A stretch of 27,238 bases of DNA from a virus (taxonomy: Duplodnaviria > Caudoviricetes), in the IMG/VR virus record IMGVR_UViG_3300005837_000293, positions 1 through 27,238 of that record; one strand, given 5' to 3'. The notes under the pieces are model-generated. The model was not told the DNA's origin, did no database searches, and saw nothing but the letters and a program-made list of their open reading frames with translations. A program made the translations under genes and the position numbers. Within the stretch, counting starts at the first letter, position 1, and the number at the start of each line of letters is the position of its first letter. Positions 1 to 7,808 of the stretch are shown one piece after another.

Positions 1-632
1 CGTTCGTAAAACTGCGGTGAGCAGTCAAACATACCGATTTGATGTGTGTTTACATCTATAGCTATAAATAAAAATTCATAGCCAAACAATTTACTGTATA
101 TGTATGCCTGTGAGTCATAGTTGAATTTACTAGCTGACCATTGAAACTTGTCTATATCAGATGTTGTTTTTAAATCAATAACTAGTTTTTCTTCATGATT
201 AACAATATCAGCTTTACCTTTCCATTGTAACTCTTCAAGCGTTGTAATTCCAGGCTTTTCGTATTCTACATTTGTACCTCGTATTAAACCACGACAAACA
301 TCGTTTTCTAACATTTTGTCTGTCATTAATTCTATATGATCTACTTCTTTTTGTAAAAGACAAAGCTCACCGCCTGAAATCTCTTTATACGCTTTGGTAT
401 TCCGCGTAGAACTTTCTACAACCTTATACTTTTTCAGTTTGTCTGGCTCAAGTATTGCGGTGTGAAAGTAGCCGCCAACTAAAAACGCTGCTGACGGCTT
501 TGATGGTTCACCGAGCGCTAAAGGGTTTGTTAATAGAGTTGATATATCACTATTAGATAAGTATTGTTTACCAAACTTACCATAGTAGTGTTCATCTTCT
601 CTTAACTTATCAATAGCCTCTTCTTTCTTCAT
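1..632 (-). CDS. PD-(D/E)XK nuclease, DUF3799/RecE-like exonuclease (runs off the window edge)
   Basis: Own translation from ATG at 632: MKKEEAIDKLREDEHYYG...LSNSDI...GGYFHTAILEP...WKGKADIV...VIDLKTT...NYDSQAYIY. These are the typical H, D, DLKT and Q..Y motifs. The frame is open to position 1 and the gene lies next to the ERF gene. Confidence 0.85.
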   Translation of the reverse strand, partial: MKKEEAIDKLREDEHYYGKFGKQYLSNSDISTLLTNPLALGEPSKPSAAFLVGGYFHTAILEPDKLKKYKVVESSTRNTKAYKEISGGELCLLQKEVDHIELMTDKMLENDVCRGLIRGTNVEYEKPGITTLEELQWKGKADIVNHEEKLVIDLKTTSDIDKFQWSASKFNYDSQAYIYSKLFGYEFLFIAIDVNTHQIGMFDCSPQFYE

Positions 633-1168
633 TATAGTGTTGTTAGTGCTTTTTCAACTTCAGCACTTAATTTATACTTCTTTTTAATAGCGTCAAGCTT
701 ACCACCTGATTTAACATAATCCTTTGCTTTAGCAAATGCAGGATCTTTTGTTGAGGTGAGTGTTGCTGTTGCACCTTTGCCATGGTTATTTGTAGCATCG
801 CTATCTTGAGTGTCGTCTATTAGGAATAAATTACCTAACGCATACTTCTTTCCATAACTCGACGCAGACCCAAACTGCTGAGGCGTTTGCATACCTTTCT
901 GATTAAGGTCGACGCCAACTAACGCTGTAGCGTGTATAGCATTTTCGCCATCAGAAATTGTAGCAGTCGAACAAATAATTGGCAAGCCGTGGGCTTCAGT
1001 CAATTGTTCGTTGATTGTTACTGATACTCCTAACTCCAACAGAAAGGGTTTTGTAGCTTCGAGAATGTCTTCGGCTGATCTGAAGTAATATTTGCCGAAT
1101 GAATTAAACCTAGATTTTTTAGATTTAAATTTTGTCTGGATCGTTGCCAGTTTTTGATTTATGGTCAT
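632..1168 (-). CDS. ERF-family single-strand annealing protein
   Basis: N-terminal KSRFNSFGKYYFRSAEDIL and QQFGSASSYGKKYALGNLFLIDD match the ERF signature (GS..SY.++Y.L). Confidence 0.9.
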   Translation of the reverse strand: MTINQKLATIQTKFKSKKSRFNSFGKYYFRSAEDILEATKPFLLELGVSVTINEQLTEAHGLPIICSTATISDGENAIHATALVGVDLNQKGMQTPQQFGSASSYGKKYALGNLFLIDDTQDSDATNNHGKGATATLTSTKDPAFAKAKDYVKSGGKLDAIKKKYKLSAEVEKALTTL

Positions 1169-1183
1169 ATGGTTTTATTATTT

Positions 1184-1202
1184 GGTATATTAATATAATT
1201 AC
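1184..1202 (-). promoter_or_regulatory. Putative class-2 phage promoter element (GTAAT-N5-TAATATACC)
   Basis: GTAATTATATTAATATACC in the intergenic gap upstream of ERF; same pattern at 19370-19388. Confidence 0.5.
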
Positions 1203-1231
1203 ACATTTTGTTTACTATTTAAGTTGTTAAA

Positions 1232-1984
1232 CTAAAGATAATCAATCACTTGATTAGCGTCAGTGTTAGCGATAAGCTTATCGATTGCTTCTCTTTTTAT
1301 TTGAGAAACACGAACATTTGCAGTGCTAACATTTATTTTTAATTTACTAGCTATATAGTTTGCTGAGTGTTTATCACAATCTAATCCGTAAGATAATCTT
1401 AATACTTCATATTCAATATCCGTTAAATGTTGTTTCATTAAACCCATTAAATATGCGTTTAATATTGAAATATTATATGGCTCTGATGTGTCGGGTATTT
1501 GATACAAAGGGTTTTCTTCTTCTGTATTATAGTTTTCATCAATACTTGAAAATATAGAATTAAAAAACATTGCTACAATTTTTTCATCTTTAGGATTTTT
1601 ACGTATTTCATTTAGCTTATGTTCTGGTATACGTATGTCGCCCCGGTTAATATCAATTGCGCGTCTTATAGCTCCTTTAATTCTTTTACTAAAGAAACTT
1701 TTTAAAGTTTTTTCAATATCTTCAGAATCAATTAGCTTATCCCAATCTAATTTATCTACTGCGATAACTAAACCTTTGCTGCCTTCTTGTATAAGATCAT
1801 TTATACTTAATACACCGGACGCTTGATCGCTAGTTGAAAACTTTCGAGCTAAATTTTCTACTAAAGGTAAAAACTTAATAATAAGCTCATCTCTAGTATA
1901 ATAGTCATAAAACTTATCTTCAGGCATAGATTTTTTAAGGTCTTCTTTATACCTTATATAGTTTTGCACATTGTACTTTTTCAT
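1232..1984 (-). CDS. Phage-encoded sigma70-family RNA polymerase sigma factor
   Basis: Region 2: LPLVENLARKF...DLIQEG..GL..AVDK...RIKGAIRRAI..IRIP. Region 4: L...EYEVLRLSYGL...RVSQIKREAIDKL. Confidence 0.9.
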   Translation of the reverse strand: MKKYNVQNYIRYKEDLKKSMPEDKFYDYYTRDELIIKFLPLVENLARKFSTSDQASGVLSINDLIQEGSKGLVIAVDKLDWDKLIDSEDIEKTLKSFFSKRIKGAIRRAIDINRGDIRIPEHKLNEIRKNPKDEKIVAMFFNSIFSSIDENYNTEEENPLYQIPDTSEPYNISILNAYLMGLMKQHLTDIEYEVLRLSYGLDCDKHSANYIASKLKINVSTANVRVSQIKREAIDKLIANTDANQVIDYL

Positions 1985-2601
1985 ATTTGCTGATTAAGTA
2001 ATTCTTTTTCTTTTTTAAGTTCGTTACTCATGTTTCGGTATATTGTTCTTGTTGAACATTTTAAAGCGTCCGCAAGTCTTGCTACCGTAATTTTTATTTT
2101 GCTGTCGTTTATTAATAACATGGCGTCATATATTTCATTTTCTGAAATTTTAGATCTGCCTACAAGCTTACCAACTATAGAAAGCTTTTGTCGCATATCT
2201 AAACCGCTGAAGTCTTTAAATATAACTTTACGCAGTTTATTAGGCGGTGGCTTTTCTAAATCCATTAAAGAAACGTCGTACAACATACTTTCCCTTAATT
2301 GGTCTGATACATTAAACGTCACAAACCCCGTGCGCTTATTACAAATGTATTTAACAAGCCCTGCAAAGCCTTCTTGATCTAATTGTGGATTAAGATACCA
2401 TAATACATACAAATGCCATTTAAGGCTTTTATATGTGTTTATTTTGGCTCGTGAGTTAAAGAGTGTATAGCATTGGTGTGTACCGTTTTCATACCACCAT
2501 CCCCATTCAAATGTTTCAGTGGGTTGATCGGTTGTAGGGTTTTGTCGGTATATAATACGATGCTGCTCTAGGTATTTGGTATTTCGGTCGTAATATGACA
2601 T
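1981..2601 (-). CDS. DNA-binding protein with C-terminal helix-turn-helix
   Basis: C-terminal ITVARLADALKCSTRTIYRNM is a classic HTH; the N-terminal part is unassigned. Confidence 0.7.
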   Translation of the reverse strand: MSYYDRNTKYLEQHRIIYRQNPTTDQPTETFEWGWWYENGTHQCYTLFNSRAKINTYKSLKWHLYVLWYLNPQLDQEGFAGLVKYICNKRTGFVTFNVSDQLRESMLYDVSLMDLEKPPPNKLRKVIFKDFSGLDMRQKLSIVGKLVGRSKISENEIYDAMLLINDSKIKITVARLADALKCSTRTIYRNMSNELKKEKELLNQQI

Positions 2602-2640
2602 TAGCTTCTTACTATTAATTATATATTAGCTATCGTCGCA
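2594..2640 (-). repeat. Inverted-repeat site A (family of 3)
   Basis: Reverse complement TGCGACGATAGCTAATATATAATTAATAGTAAGAAGCTAATGTCATA; homologous to 9966-10013 and 11451-11496; overlaps the start codon of the HTH gene. Confidence 0.8.
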
Positions 2641-2824
2641 TAAACGTGATAAGCTTATATCTTTTTTGGTATTTGTGAAACAAATTTATTTTAGTTTCAT
2701 TAATTTCTAAGGTTAATGCATCATTAAGTATTTCATACTTCAATGCCCATATTCTATTTTGAAGAAACTTTAGATGTTTTCTTTTTCTTCTGAAACGTTT
2801 TAATTTTTTTACTAATGTTTGCAT
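2630..2824 (-). CDS. Hypothetical basic protein
   Basis: 64 aa ORF packed in the minus-strand operon. Confidence 0.6.
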   Translation of the reverse strand: MQTLVKKLKRFRRKRKHLKFLQNRIWALKYEILNDALTLEINETKINLFHKYQKRYKLITFMRR

Positions 2825-3303
2825 AATTCACTGATATAATGTGGTCGTATAATTTTTTGCTCATTCTTATTTTTTACTAAATGTTTTTCTTGTTCATAAT
2901 AATTCCAGTATGCAGCTAAGCTACTAGTTTCTTTGTATTCATCGGGCATACATTGTGGTGGCTCAACAAATCCTTTGTCGGGCATACCAGCGGGAGGGTA
3001 CATTAAAGCATCACGGCATTTAGCAATGCTGAGGTGATGTTTGTTGTATCGCATTGTATATTCTTTACCTAATGCAAGCATGTGATCGTATAACCAATTG
3101 TAATGGTGTATACTATCTCGTACCCATACGGTACTTGGATGATTAAGGTGTGCTTTTTTGTATGGCACGTTGTCGCCATTGTTATATACATGGTGTGCAG
3201 TACATAACATTTGCGCTGATTCCAAAATCATTTTGACTTTGTGCTTGTCGTAAAAGAAACTAGCTGCTTTAGCTGGGTCTGGGTGTAAGTAAAATATATT
3301 CAT
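2812..3303 (-). CDS. Pyrimidine dimer DNA glycosylase (DenV/Pyr_excise)-like protein
   Basis: MNIFYL.PDP...DKH.VKMILESAQMLCTAH...YKKAHLNHPSTVWVR...PPQCMP...AY..YY is the pattern of this phage family. Confidence 0.75.
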   Translation of the reverse strand: MNIFYLHPDPAKAASFFYDKHKVKMILESAQMLCTAHHVYNNGDNVPYKKAHLNHPSTVWVRDSIHHYNWLYDHMLALGKEYTMRYNKHHLSIAKCRDALMYPPAGMPDKGFVEPPQCMPDEYKETSSLAAYWNYYEQEKHLVKNKNEQKIIRPHYISELCKH

Positions 3304-3389
3304 TACTCATAATGTTTGTCTAATAATATCATCGCTACTTCTTCGCTGATCATATTTTCGTTGTATAGTTTCCATATTAGTTTACTCAT
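3303..3389 (-). CDS. Small hypothetical protein (28 aa, MSKLIWKLYNENMISEEVAMILLDKHYE)
   Basis: Fills the gap between the ligase and glycosylase genes, with overlapping start/stop codons on both sides. Confidence 0.55.
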   Translation of the reverse strand: MSKLIWKLYNENMISEEVAMILLDKHYE

Positions 3390-4224
3390 AATTACGTAGT
3401 GTTTTATACAGAGGATGACGATAGCTACCAGCTTTTGTACGTTCGAAATATGTAAACGTAGCACGCTGACCGATATAGTCGTGCACATTGTTTAGAATGT
3501 CGCGACGATCATCGAAGTTGTAGCCTTTGCCAATAGGGCAGCCGAACTCAACGCCATCGTCATCTTGCATAATAAATTTACCGATTAGACCGGTAAACTT
3601 ACCTTTGCCCGCTTCGTAGCCAATAATAGTAGCCTCAGTGTCGTGAAAGTCTTTAAACTTTTGTAGGCTGTACGAACGTTTGCATTCGTAAGGACGGTCA
3701 AGACGAAGTATAGAACCCTCGTAACCGTTTGCTAAAAACCCATCAGTGTGCAAATTTAAAGCTTCTTCGTATTTATTAACCTCATATGTGTTAACAAATT
3801 TAACGCAATAACTTACTGGCAATTCAGCTTCAAGCCAAACAATACGGCTAGAAAATGATGCTCTGCGTAAGGCTGGGCCAGGTATATAATCGTAGCAGTG
3901 AAATTGTACATAACCCGCAGACTCAACACGATCGCTTTCTTTGGGTTTAGTTTTGCGAACAAGTGAGATAATTTTTTCGAAATCATCTTTTAGTTCGTGG
4001 TTGTACAATTCGCCGTCGAGTATTACATCTGGGTATTTTTCGAAGAACGGTTCAAGATTAGCAGTAATGTGGTGAATGTTCAGCCACTCTTTGCCTGTTC
4101 GTGAATAAGCACCGTCTTTCGATATTACACAGCGTACGCCGTCTAGCTTTGGTTGCATAAAGACCTTCTCGGACCAGTCGACTTCTTTTTTGCCTACTTT
4201 GTATGCGAGCATTGGTTGTATCAT
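3382..4224 (-). CDS. ATP-dependent DNA ligase (minimal NTase + OB)
   Basis: Motif I QPKLDGVR, III ILDGELY, IIIa FHCYD, IV EGSILR, V KFK, and a C-terminal OB fold ending YRHP...R. Confidence 0.93.
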   Translation of the reverse strand: MIQPMLAYKVGKKEVDWSEKVFMQPKLDGVRCVISKDGAYSRTGKEWLNIHHITANLEPFFEKYPDVILDGELYNHELKDDFEKIISLVRKTKPKESDRVESAGYVQFHCYDYIPGPALRRASFSSRIVWLEAELPVSYCVKFVNTYEVNKYEEALNLHTDGFLANGYEGSILRLDRPYECKRSYSLQKFKDFHDTEATIIGYEAGKGKFTGLIGKFIMQDDDGVEFGCPIGKGYNFDDRRDILNNVHDYIGQRATFTYFERTKAGSYRHPLYKTLRNYE

Positions 4225-4505
4225 AATTTACTTAATTTATTTTGTATTCGTTGTATTTTATTTTGTACTATTGCAGCTTTTTCGTATTGTTCTCTTTCTT
4301 CATACTGCGACAATAGCGTCATAAGTCTAGCCAACTCAGCTAATAATAATTGCTCTTCATCTTGCATTACATTATAGCCAGCGCCAAACATTTGTTCTAC
4401 ATCTGAGGTGAATTGCTGATCCCACTCTTTTTGCTTTTTAATTAAGCCTTCAAGCACTAGATCAGCAACTCTTTCCGCCAAATAATCTAATTCATCTTTA
4501 GTCAT
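4221..4505 (-). CDS. Hypothetical protein with C-terminal UVR (UvrB/UvrC-like) coiled coil
   Basis: EEREQYEKAAIVQNKIQRI resembles the UVR consensus E.YE.AA.+RD.I. Confidence 0.55.
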   Translation of the reverse strand: MTKDELDYLAERVADLVLEGLIKKQKEWDQQFTSDVEQMFGAGYNVMQDEEQLLLAELARLMTLLSQYEEREQYEKAAIVQNKIQRIQNKLSKL

Positions 4506-4729
4506 TAACTTACTTTCTTATATGTCCACTGACCAATGATGTGGTTGTTAATAAATTTACCTTTAGATCTAGCATTGAACAAACCATGCCAGTAAAATGC
4601 AGGTACTTTATTATATTCATATATACCGCCATTTTTGTATGTTAGTACTAAGCGATTAAGCTGTGTAGCGTATGTTGCATCTTCAATGCACTCTGAGTCC
4701 ACTACGACTCTTTCAATTAAATTACTCAT
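4505..4729 (-). CDS. KTSC domain protein
   Basis: VDSECI...Y.....L.LTYKNGGIYEY..VP......L..A.SKGKFIN..I matches the KTSC consensus. Confidence 0.85.
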   Translation of the reverse strand: MSNLIERVVVDSECIEDATYATQLNRLVLTYKNGGIYEYNKVPAFYWHGLFNARSKGKFINNHIIGQWTYKKVS

Positions 4730-4743
4730 AGTTTTAAATTTAT

Positions 4744-4778
4744 TATATTATCGATTATACTTCGTGTTAATTTTGTAA
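4744..4778 (-). promoter_or_regulatory. Tripartite promoter-like motif P1
   Basis: TTACA-AAATTAA-CACGA-AGTATAAT-CGATAATATA upstream of the KTSC gene. Confidence 0.85.
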
Positions 4779-4779
4779 G

Positions 4780-5385
4780 TTAGTGAAATACTAATCCTAC
4801 TTTTTTATTTTTACTAAACCACTTTGTCGCCATCAAATCAATATTAGAAGCATCCACATAACCGCTGCGTACAAGATCGCTAGTAGTAGAAAAGATTTTG
4901 GTGTGTCTATGTTTTCTTTCATTTATCATATGTTTTTGTTTACCTGAATCACTGAATATAATATCGTAATTGCTTGGTAATGAGGTTTTTAGTATTAAAT
5001 CTACCATATTGGTGTAACTGTAAAACCGAACGTCTGGGTTGTGTATAGCAATTTGCATCCACTTTTTTAGATATGCGCCGGAATAGTAGTCACCGCTATC
5101 ATGGACACGCACGTAATCGGGTTTCTTACGCTTAATCTCTGCGTTCATTGCATCAATAAAATCGTCAGTCTTGGTTAGCTCGTAACGTTTTTCAAACGCC
5201 GGTTTTACATTACTCCAGATGTAGGCTCCCTTCTTAGCATAGCAGAACTTTACGCAAGCATCTGCCATGGGGCACGTCAGTTTTCCGCTCGCACTTTTGT
5301 ACGCTGGTATACCGAAGTTAAATACCCTAAGCCCTAATTCTTTGCTGGTCTTTTTTAATTTACTGTTCTGTGTCAGAAGATTCAT
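4780..5385 (-). CDS. GP88-like protein (Cys-motif, radical-SAM-like)
   Basis: TCPMADACVKFCYAKKG and VRVHDSGDYYS...FYSYT motifs; likely start MNLLTQNSKL. Confidence 0.75.
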   Translation of the reverse strand: MNLLTQNSKLKKTSKELGLRVFNFGIPAYKSASGKLTCPMADACVKFCYAKKGAYIWSNVKPAFEKRYELTKTDDFIDAMNAEIKRKKPDYVRVHDSGDYYSGAYLKKWMQIAIHNPDVRFYSYTNMVDLILKTSLPSNYDIIFSDSGKQKHMINERKHRHTKIFSTTSDLVRSGYVDASNIDLMATKWFSKNKKVGLVFH

Positions 5386-5572
5386 AGTAGTCAATTATTT
5401 TTTCAATGTCGTCCTCCATATCTACAATCTCTCGCGCAAGCTCTAACACTTGTTTAAAGCCACGTAATTCGTAGTCACTAAATTCATATACGTCACGCTC
5501 TTCGATCGCGTAAACGCAGTCTTGCATATCTTTTGCCGTGTTTTCGAAGCGGCAGTAACTCATATTTGGCAT
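5360..5572 (-). CDS. Hypothetical protein (MPNMSYCRFENT...)
   Basis: 70 aa acidic ORF within the operon. Confidence 0.7.
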   Translation of the reverse strand: MPNMSYCRFENTAKDMQDCVYAIEERDVYEFSDYELRGFKQVLELAREIVDMEDDIEKIIDYYESSDTEQ

Positions 5573-5582
5573 AATTTTAGTA

Positions 5583-5867
5583 TTAATCTAGCAATACCAT
5601 ATAGGCTTCAATATTGTTTTTCTGAAACCATCGTAGTGCTTTGTGAAATTCGTTAATTTGCTTTTGTGTTACGGTTTTAGGCGCAACTTCCATTACATAT
5701 TGGCTACCCATGATAAAATCGTACATTGATAACTCAACACCGTTTAGTGTATATTCTTCACCACTAAATGGGTTTGTTACGGTTCCGCCTTTTTCGTATA
5801 TCATACCTTGAAACCATTTAGGCACCAATTGTTTCGTCTTCTCTTTCGTATTCATAACCTTCTTCAA
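5583..5867 (-). CDS. Hypothetical protein
   Basis: ORF in operon; the start may be a downstream Met. Confidence 0.65.
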   Translation of the reverse strand: MKKVMNTKEKTKQLVPKWFQGMIYEKGGTVTNPFSGEEYTLNGVELSMYDFIMGSQYVMEVAPKTVTQKQINEFHKALRWFQKNNIEAYMVLLD

Positions 5868-6276
5868 TTAATTCGTTTTCAATTTCTTGTTTTTTATCGT
5901 TGTAATATTCGTCATACACCTCTTCAATGACTTCTTGAAAAGCATATTCTTCGTCATCAAGCTGGTCATAATATATAGATGCACCGTCATACATTGCATC
6001 CGGCATTTTTTCTAGCCAGTCGCTGTCATAATAATATACGTCATCACAAATACTTGGGTTGCGATCGTTATCGGTTGCAATCCATACTTCATAACCATCG
6101 GTTGTTGTTTCAGTATAAAACATCATGTCAGGGTTACCCCAGTCATTTGTAATTTTGAATTCATAGTATTCTTGCACACACTTAAACATATAGTCGTGTT
6201 CCAAACCTCCCGGCTCTAATACATTAGCTTTGCGCAACCTAGTTGCTATTAGTTCGTCAGTTAGTATTTTACTCAT
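5818..6276 (-). CDS. Hypothetical highly acidic protein
   Basis: 152 aa, strongly D/E/Y-rich. Confidence 0.7.
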   Translation of the reverse strand: MSKILTDELIATRLRKANVLEPGGLEHDYMFKCVQEYYEFKITNDWGNPDMMFYTETTTDGYEVWIATDNDRNPSICDDVYYYDSDWLEKMPDAMYDGASIYYDQLDDEEYAFQEVIEEVYDEYYNDKKQEIENELIEEGYEYEREDETIGA

Positions 6277-6508
6277 CGTTTTTAATTAAAATGTTATCAC
6301 CGTATTTAAAATCCCATGCAGATACTTTTATTAAATCAATATCAGCAAAAGTATATAATGAGCTAACGTCGCTAATTTTTAGGTCGCTGTAGAATGTTGT
6401 GCTGTCTAATTTAGCGAATATTGATCGGACAGAACCACTATATCGTGATTCATTTTTTTCGAGAGCCGCTTTAACCTCCGGCTTAAGGCGTTGTAATAGT
6501 GTTTTCAT
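6269..6508 (-). CDS. Hypothetical protein
   Basis: 79 aa, first gene after motif P2. Confidence 0.7.
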   Translation of the reverse strand: MKTLLQRLKPEVKAALEKNESRYSGSVRSIFAKLDSTTFYSDLKISDVSSLYTFADIDLIKVSAWDFKYGDNILIKNDE

Positions 6509-6522
6509 TTAATTTAATTTAT

Positions 6523-6557
6523 TATGTTATCGATTTGTTTTCGTACTATTTTTGTAA
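6523..6557 (-). promoter_or_regulatory. Tripartite promoter-like motif P2
   Basis: TTACA-AAAATAG-TACGA-AAACAAAT-CGATAACATA. Confidence 0.85.
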
Positions 6558-6655
6558 TAGTGGACGTGGCAGGAATCGAACCTGCGTTTAGGTAAACAAA
6601 CATTGTTTTCAACTATTTTCTAAGCTTGTGTTTACCACTAATCCTAATCACGCCC
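6558..6655 (-). ncRNA. tmRNA-TLD-like / tRNA-Ala-like small RNA lacking an mRNA-like domain
   Basis: Acceptor stem GGGCGTG/CACGTCC with G3·U70 and discriminator A; T-arm GCAGG-TTCGATT-CCTGC; unpaired D-loop ATTAGGATTAGT; central helix GGTAAACA/TGTTTACC. Confidence 0.75.
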
Positions 6656-6660
6656 ATGAC

Positions 6661-7159
6661 CCCTCACTTGTTTTCAACCTGAAAGGCTTGATGCTCGGTG
6701 GCACGTGTTTCCCGTGAGGGATTAGGAGGTCGCGCGTCATTCATCGGTGTACATTCCGACTTATGCCCCCTGTTTCAGGTATGCCCGTATGTTTTTTGGT
6801 CGGGTTACAGCACCACACTCGTGCCCATACCTGTATATTTGAGAGGCGGACGGGACTGGAATGTTAGGAATGCACGTCATTTACTAGTATGCCCTGACTT
6901 ATATCCTTTTATCTGTTTATCCCGTCTTTCTGCTTAATCAGCCGACGTCATCGTTCGCACAATTACAGGTGATCAATCCTTAGTGCCGTCAATATCTTGT
7001 CGCTGGGTTAGCTTTCCAACCTTAAACCTCTCGTTGCTAGCAATTCACTTATGTGTAATCATCGAGCCGAACCATTATCGCCTTTAATCATACCTAATTA
7101 AGCTACTCGTCTAGCTATTTTAGTAGTTAATAGTGTACTTTCGAACTTTGTTAACTACT
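6661..7159 (-). ncRNA. Cluster of predicted structured RNAs
   Basis: GC-richer region without a credible ORF, with adjacent closed stems: 6661-6667/6714-6720, 6725-6729/6766-6770, 6776-6783/6826-6833, 6841-6846/7027-7032 (inner 6849-6855/6920-6926), 7036-7040/7111-7115, 7122-7130/7151-7159. Confidence 0.6.
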
Positions 7160-7343
7160 TACGTCGCCATGACCGGTGCACTGCAGCACTTGTTGCCTGA
7201 CTGACGATTTGTATTGTATTACCTGTTTTGTGTTCGATAATTGGTACATAACTATAAGTCTCTGTTGTTGAGCACTTTACGCACGTTTTATAGCCTAAGT
7301 CTAATCTTACTGGATGTACTTTATCTCCACATTTACAATACAT
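7155..7343 (-). CDS. Small C4 zinc-finger protein (DksA/TraR-type finger-like)
   Basis: CKCGDKVHPVRLDLGYKTCVKCS resembles C..CG..I...RL......C..C. Confidence 0.65.
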   Translation of the reverse strand: MYCKCGDKVHPVRLDLGYKTCVKCSTTETYSYVPIIEHKTGNTIQIVSQATSAAVHRSWRRK

Positions 7344-7368
7344 AGTTTAATTTTTTATTTGTTACATT

Positions 7369-7403
7369 TATATTATCGATTTGCGTTCGTATTACATTTG
7401 TAA
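7369..7403 (-). promoter_or_regulatory. Tripartite promoter-like motif P3
   Basis: TTACA-AATGTAA-TACGA-ACGCAAAT-CGATAATATA. Confidence 0.85.
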
Positions 7404-7404
7404 A

Positions 7405-7536
7405 TTAATACATATCCGCTTGCCACTTTGGCATACCGGAGTTATATCTATCCCAATATTCTCTCTCGATCGCCTCGATTTGCACCCTTGTTATAGGTTT
7501 GTGGCTAAATTTCCGTTTATTTGTTCGTTTCTTCAT
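7405..7536 (-). CDS. Small hypothetical protein (43 aa, MKKRTNKRKFSHK...)
   Basis: Start re-assigned to the ATG at 7536, which overlaps the end of the upstream gene. Confidence 0.55.
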   Translation of the reverse strand: MKKRTNKRKFSHKPITRVQIEAIEREYWDRYNSGMPKWQADMY

Positions 7537-7702
7537 ACATCTTAGCGATTGCGACGCGCATGACGTGGCTGTGTATAGCATTATAGTCATCACCGTCTTG
7601 TTCAAAATCTGATAGTTGCCAATCGACACTATCATACATTAATTCCATTGTGACGTCAGCGACACCTTGTGCGATTTCGTCAAGTTCTTTCATTTTACTC
7701 AT
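7517..7702 (-). CDS. Hypothetical acidic protein
   Basis: 61 aa ORF in operon. Confidence 0.65.
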   Translation of the reverse strand: MSKMKELDEIAQGVADVTMELMYDSVDWQLSDFEQDGDDYNAIHSHVMRVAIAKMYEETNK

Positions 7703-7808
7703 AACTTAATAATTCTTGTAATTCAGCAAAAGTCATTTCGTCTATTTCTTCATGCGTATACCCCTTAAACGCTGGGTGGTTATACGCTAATGTCCACGGA
7801 TTACTCAT
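7695..7808 (-). CDS. Small hypothetical protein (37 aa, MSNPWTLAYNHPAFKG...)
   Basis: Own translation; 8-nt overlaps with both neighbours. Confidence 0.55.
   Translation of the reverse strand: MSNPWTLAYNHPAFKGYTHEEIDEMTFAELQELLSYE

Noticed and set aside
6558-6655. Canonical tRNA-Ala
   Set aside because: No U8, no D-stem and no 5-bp/7-nt anticodon arm with an NGC anticodon; fits a tmRNA-type TLD better.
6698-6937. 79-aa plus-strand ORF
   Set aside because: GTG start, antisense to the whole arm, atypical composition; overlaps the predicted RNA structures.
6841-7032. RNase P RNA, or the coding piece of a split tmRNA
   Set aside because: No GAGGAAAGUCC/P4 pairing and no tag-like reading frame ending in Ala-Ala-stop was seen.
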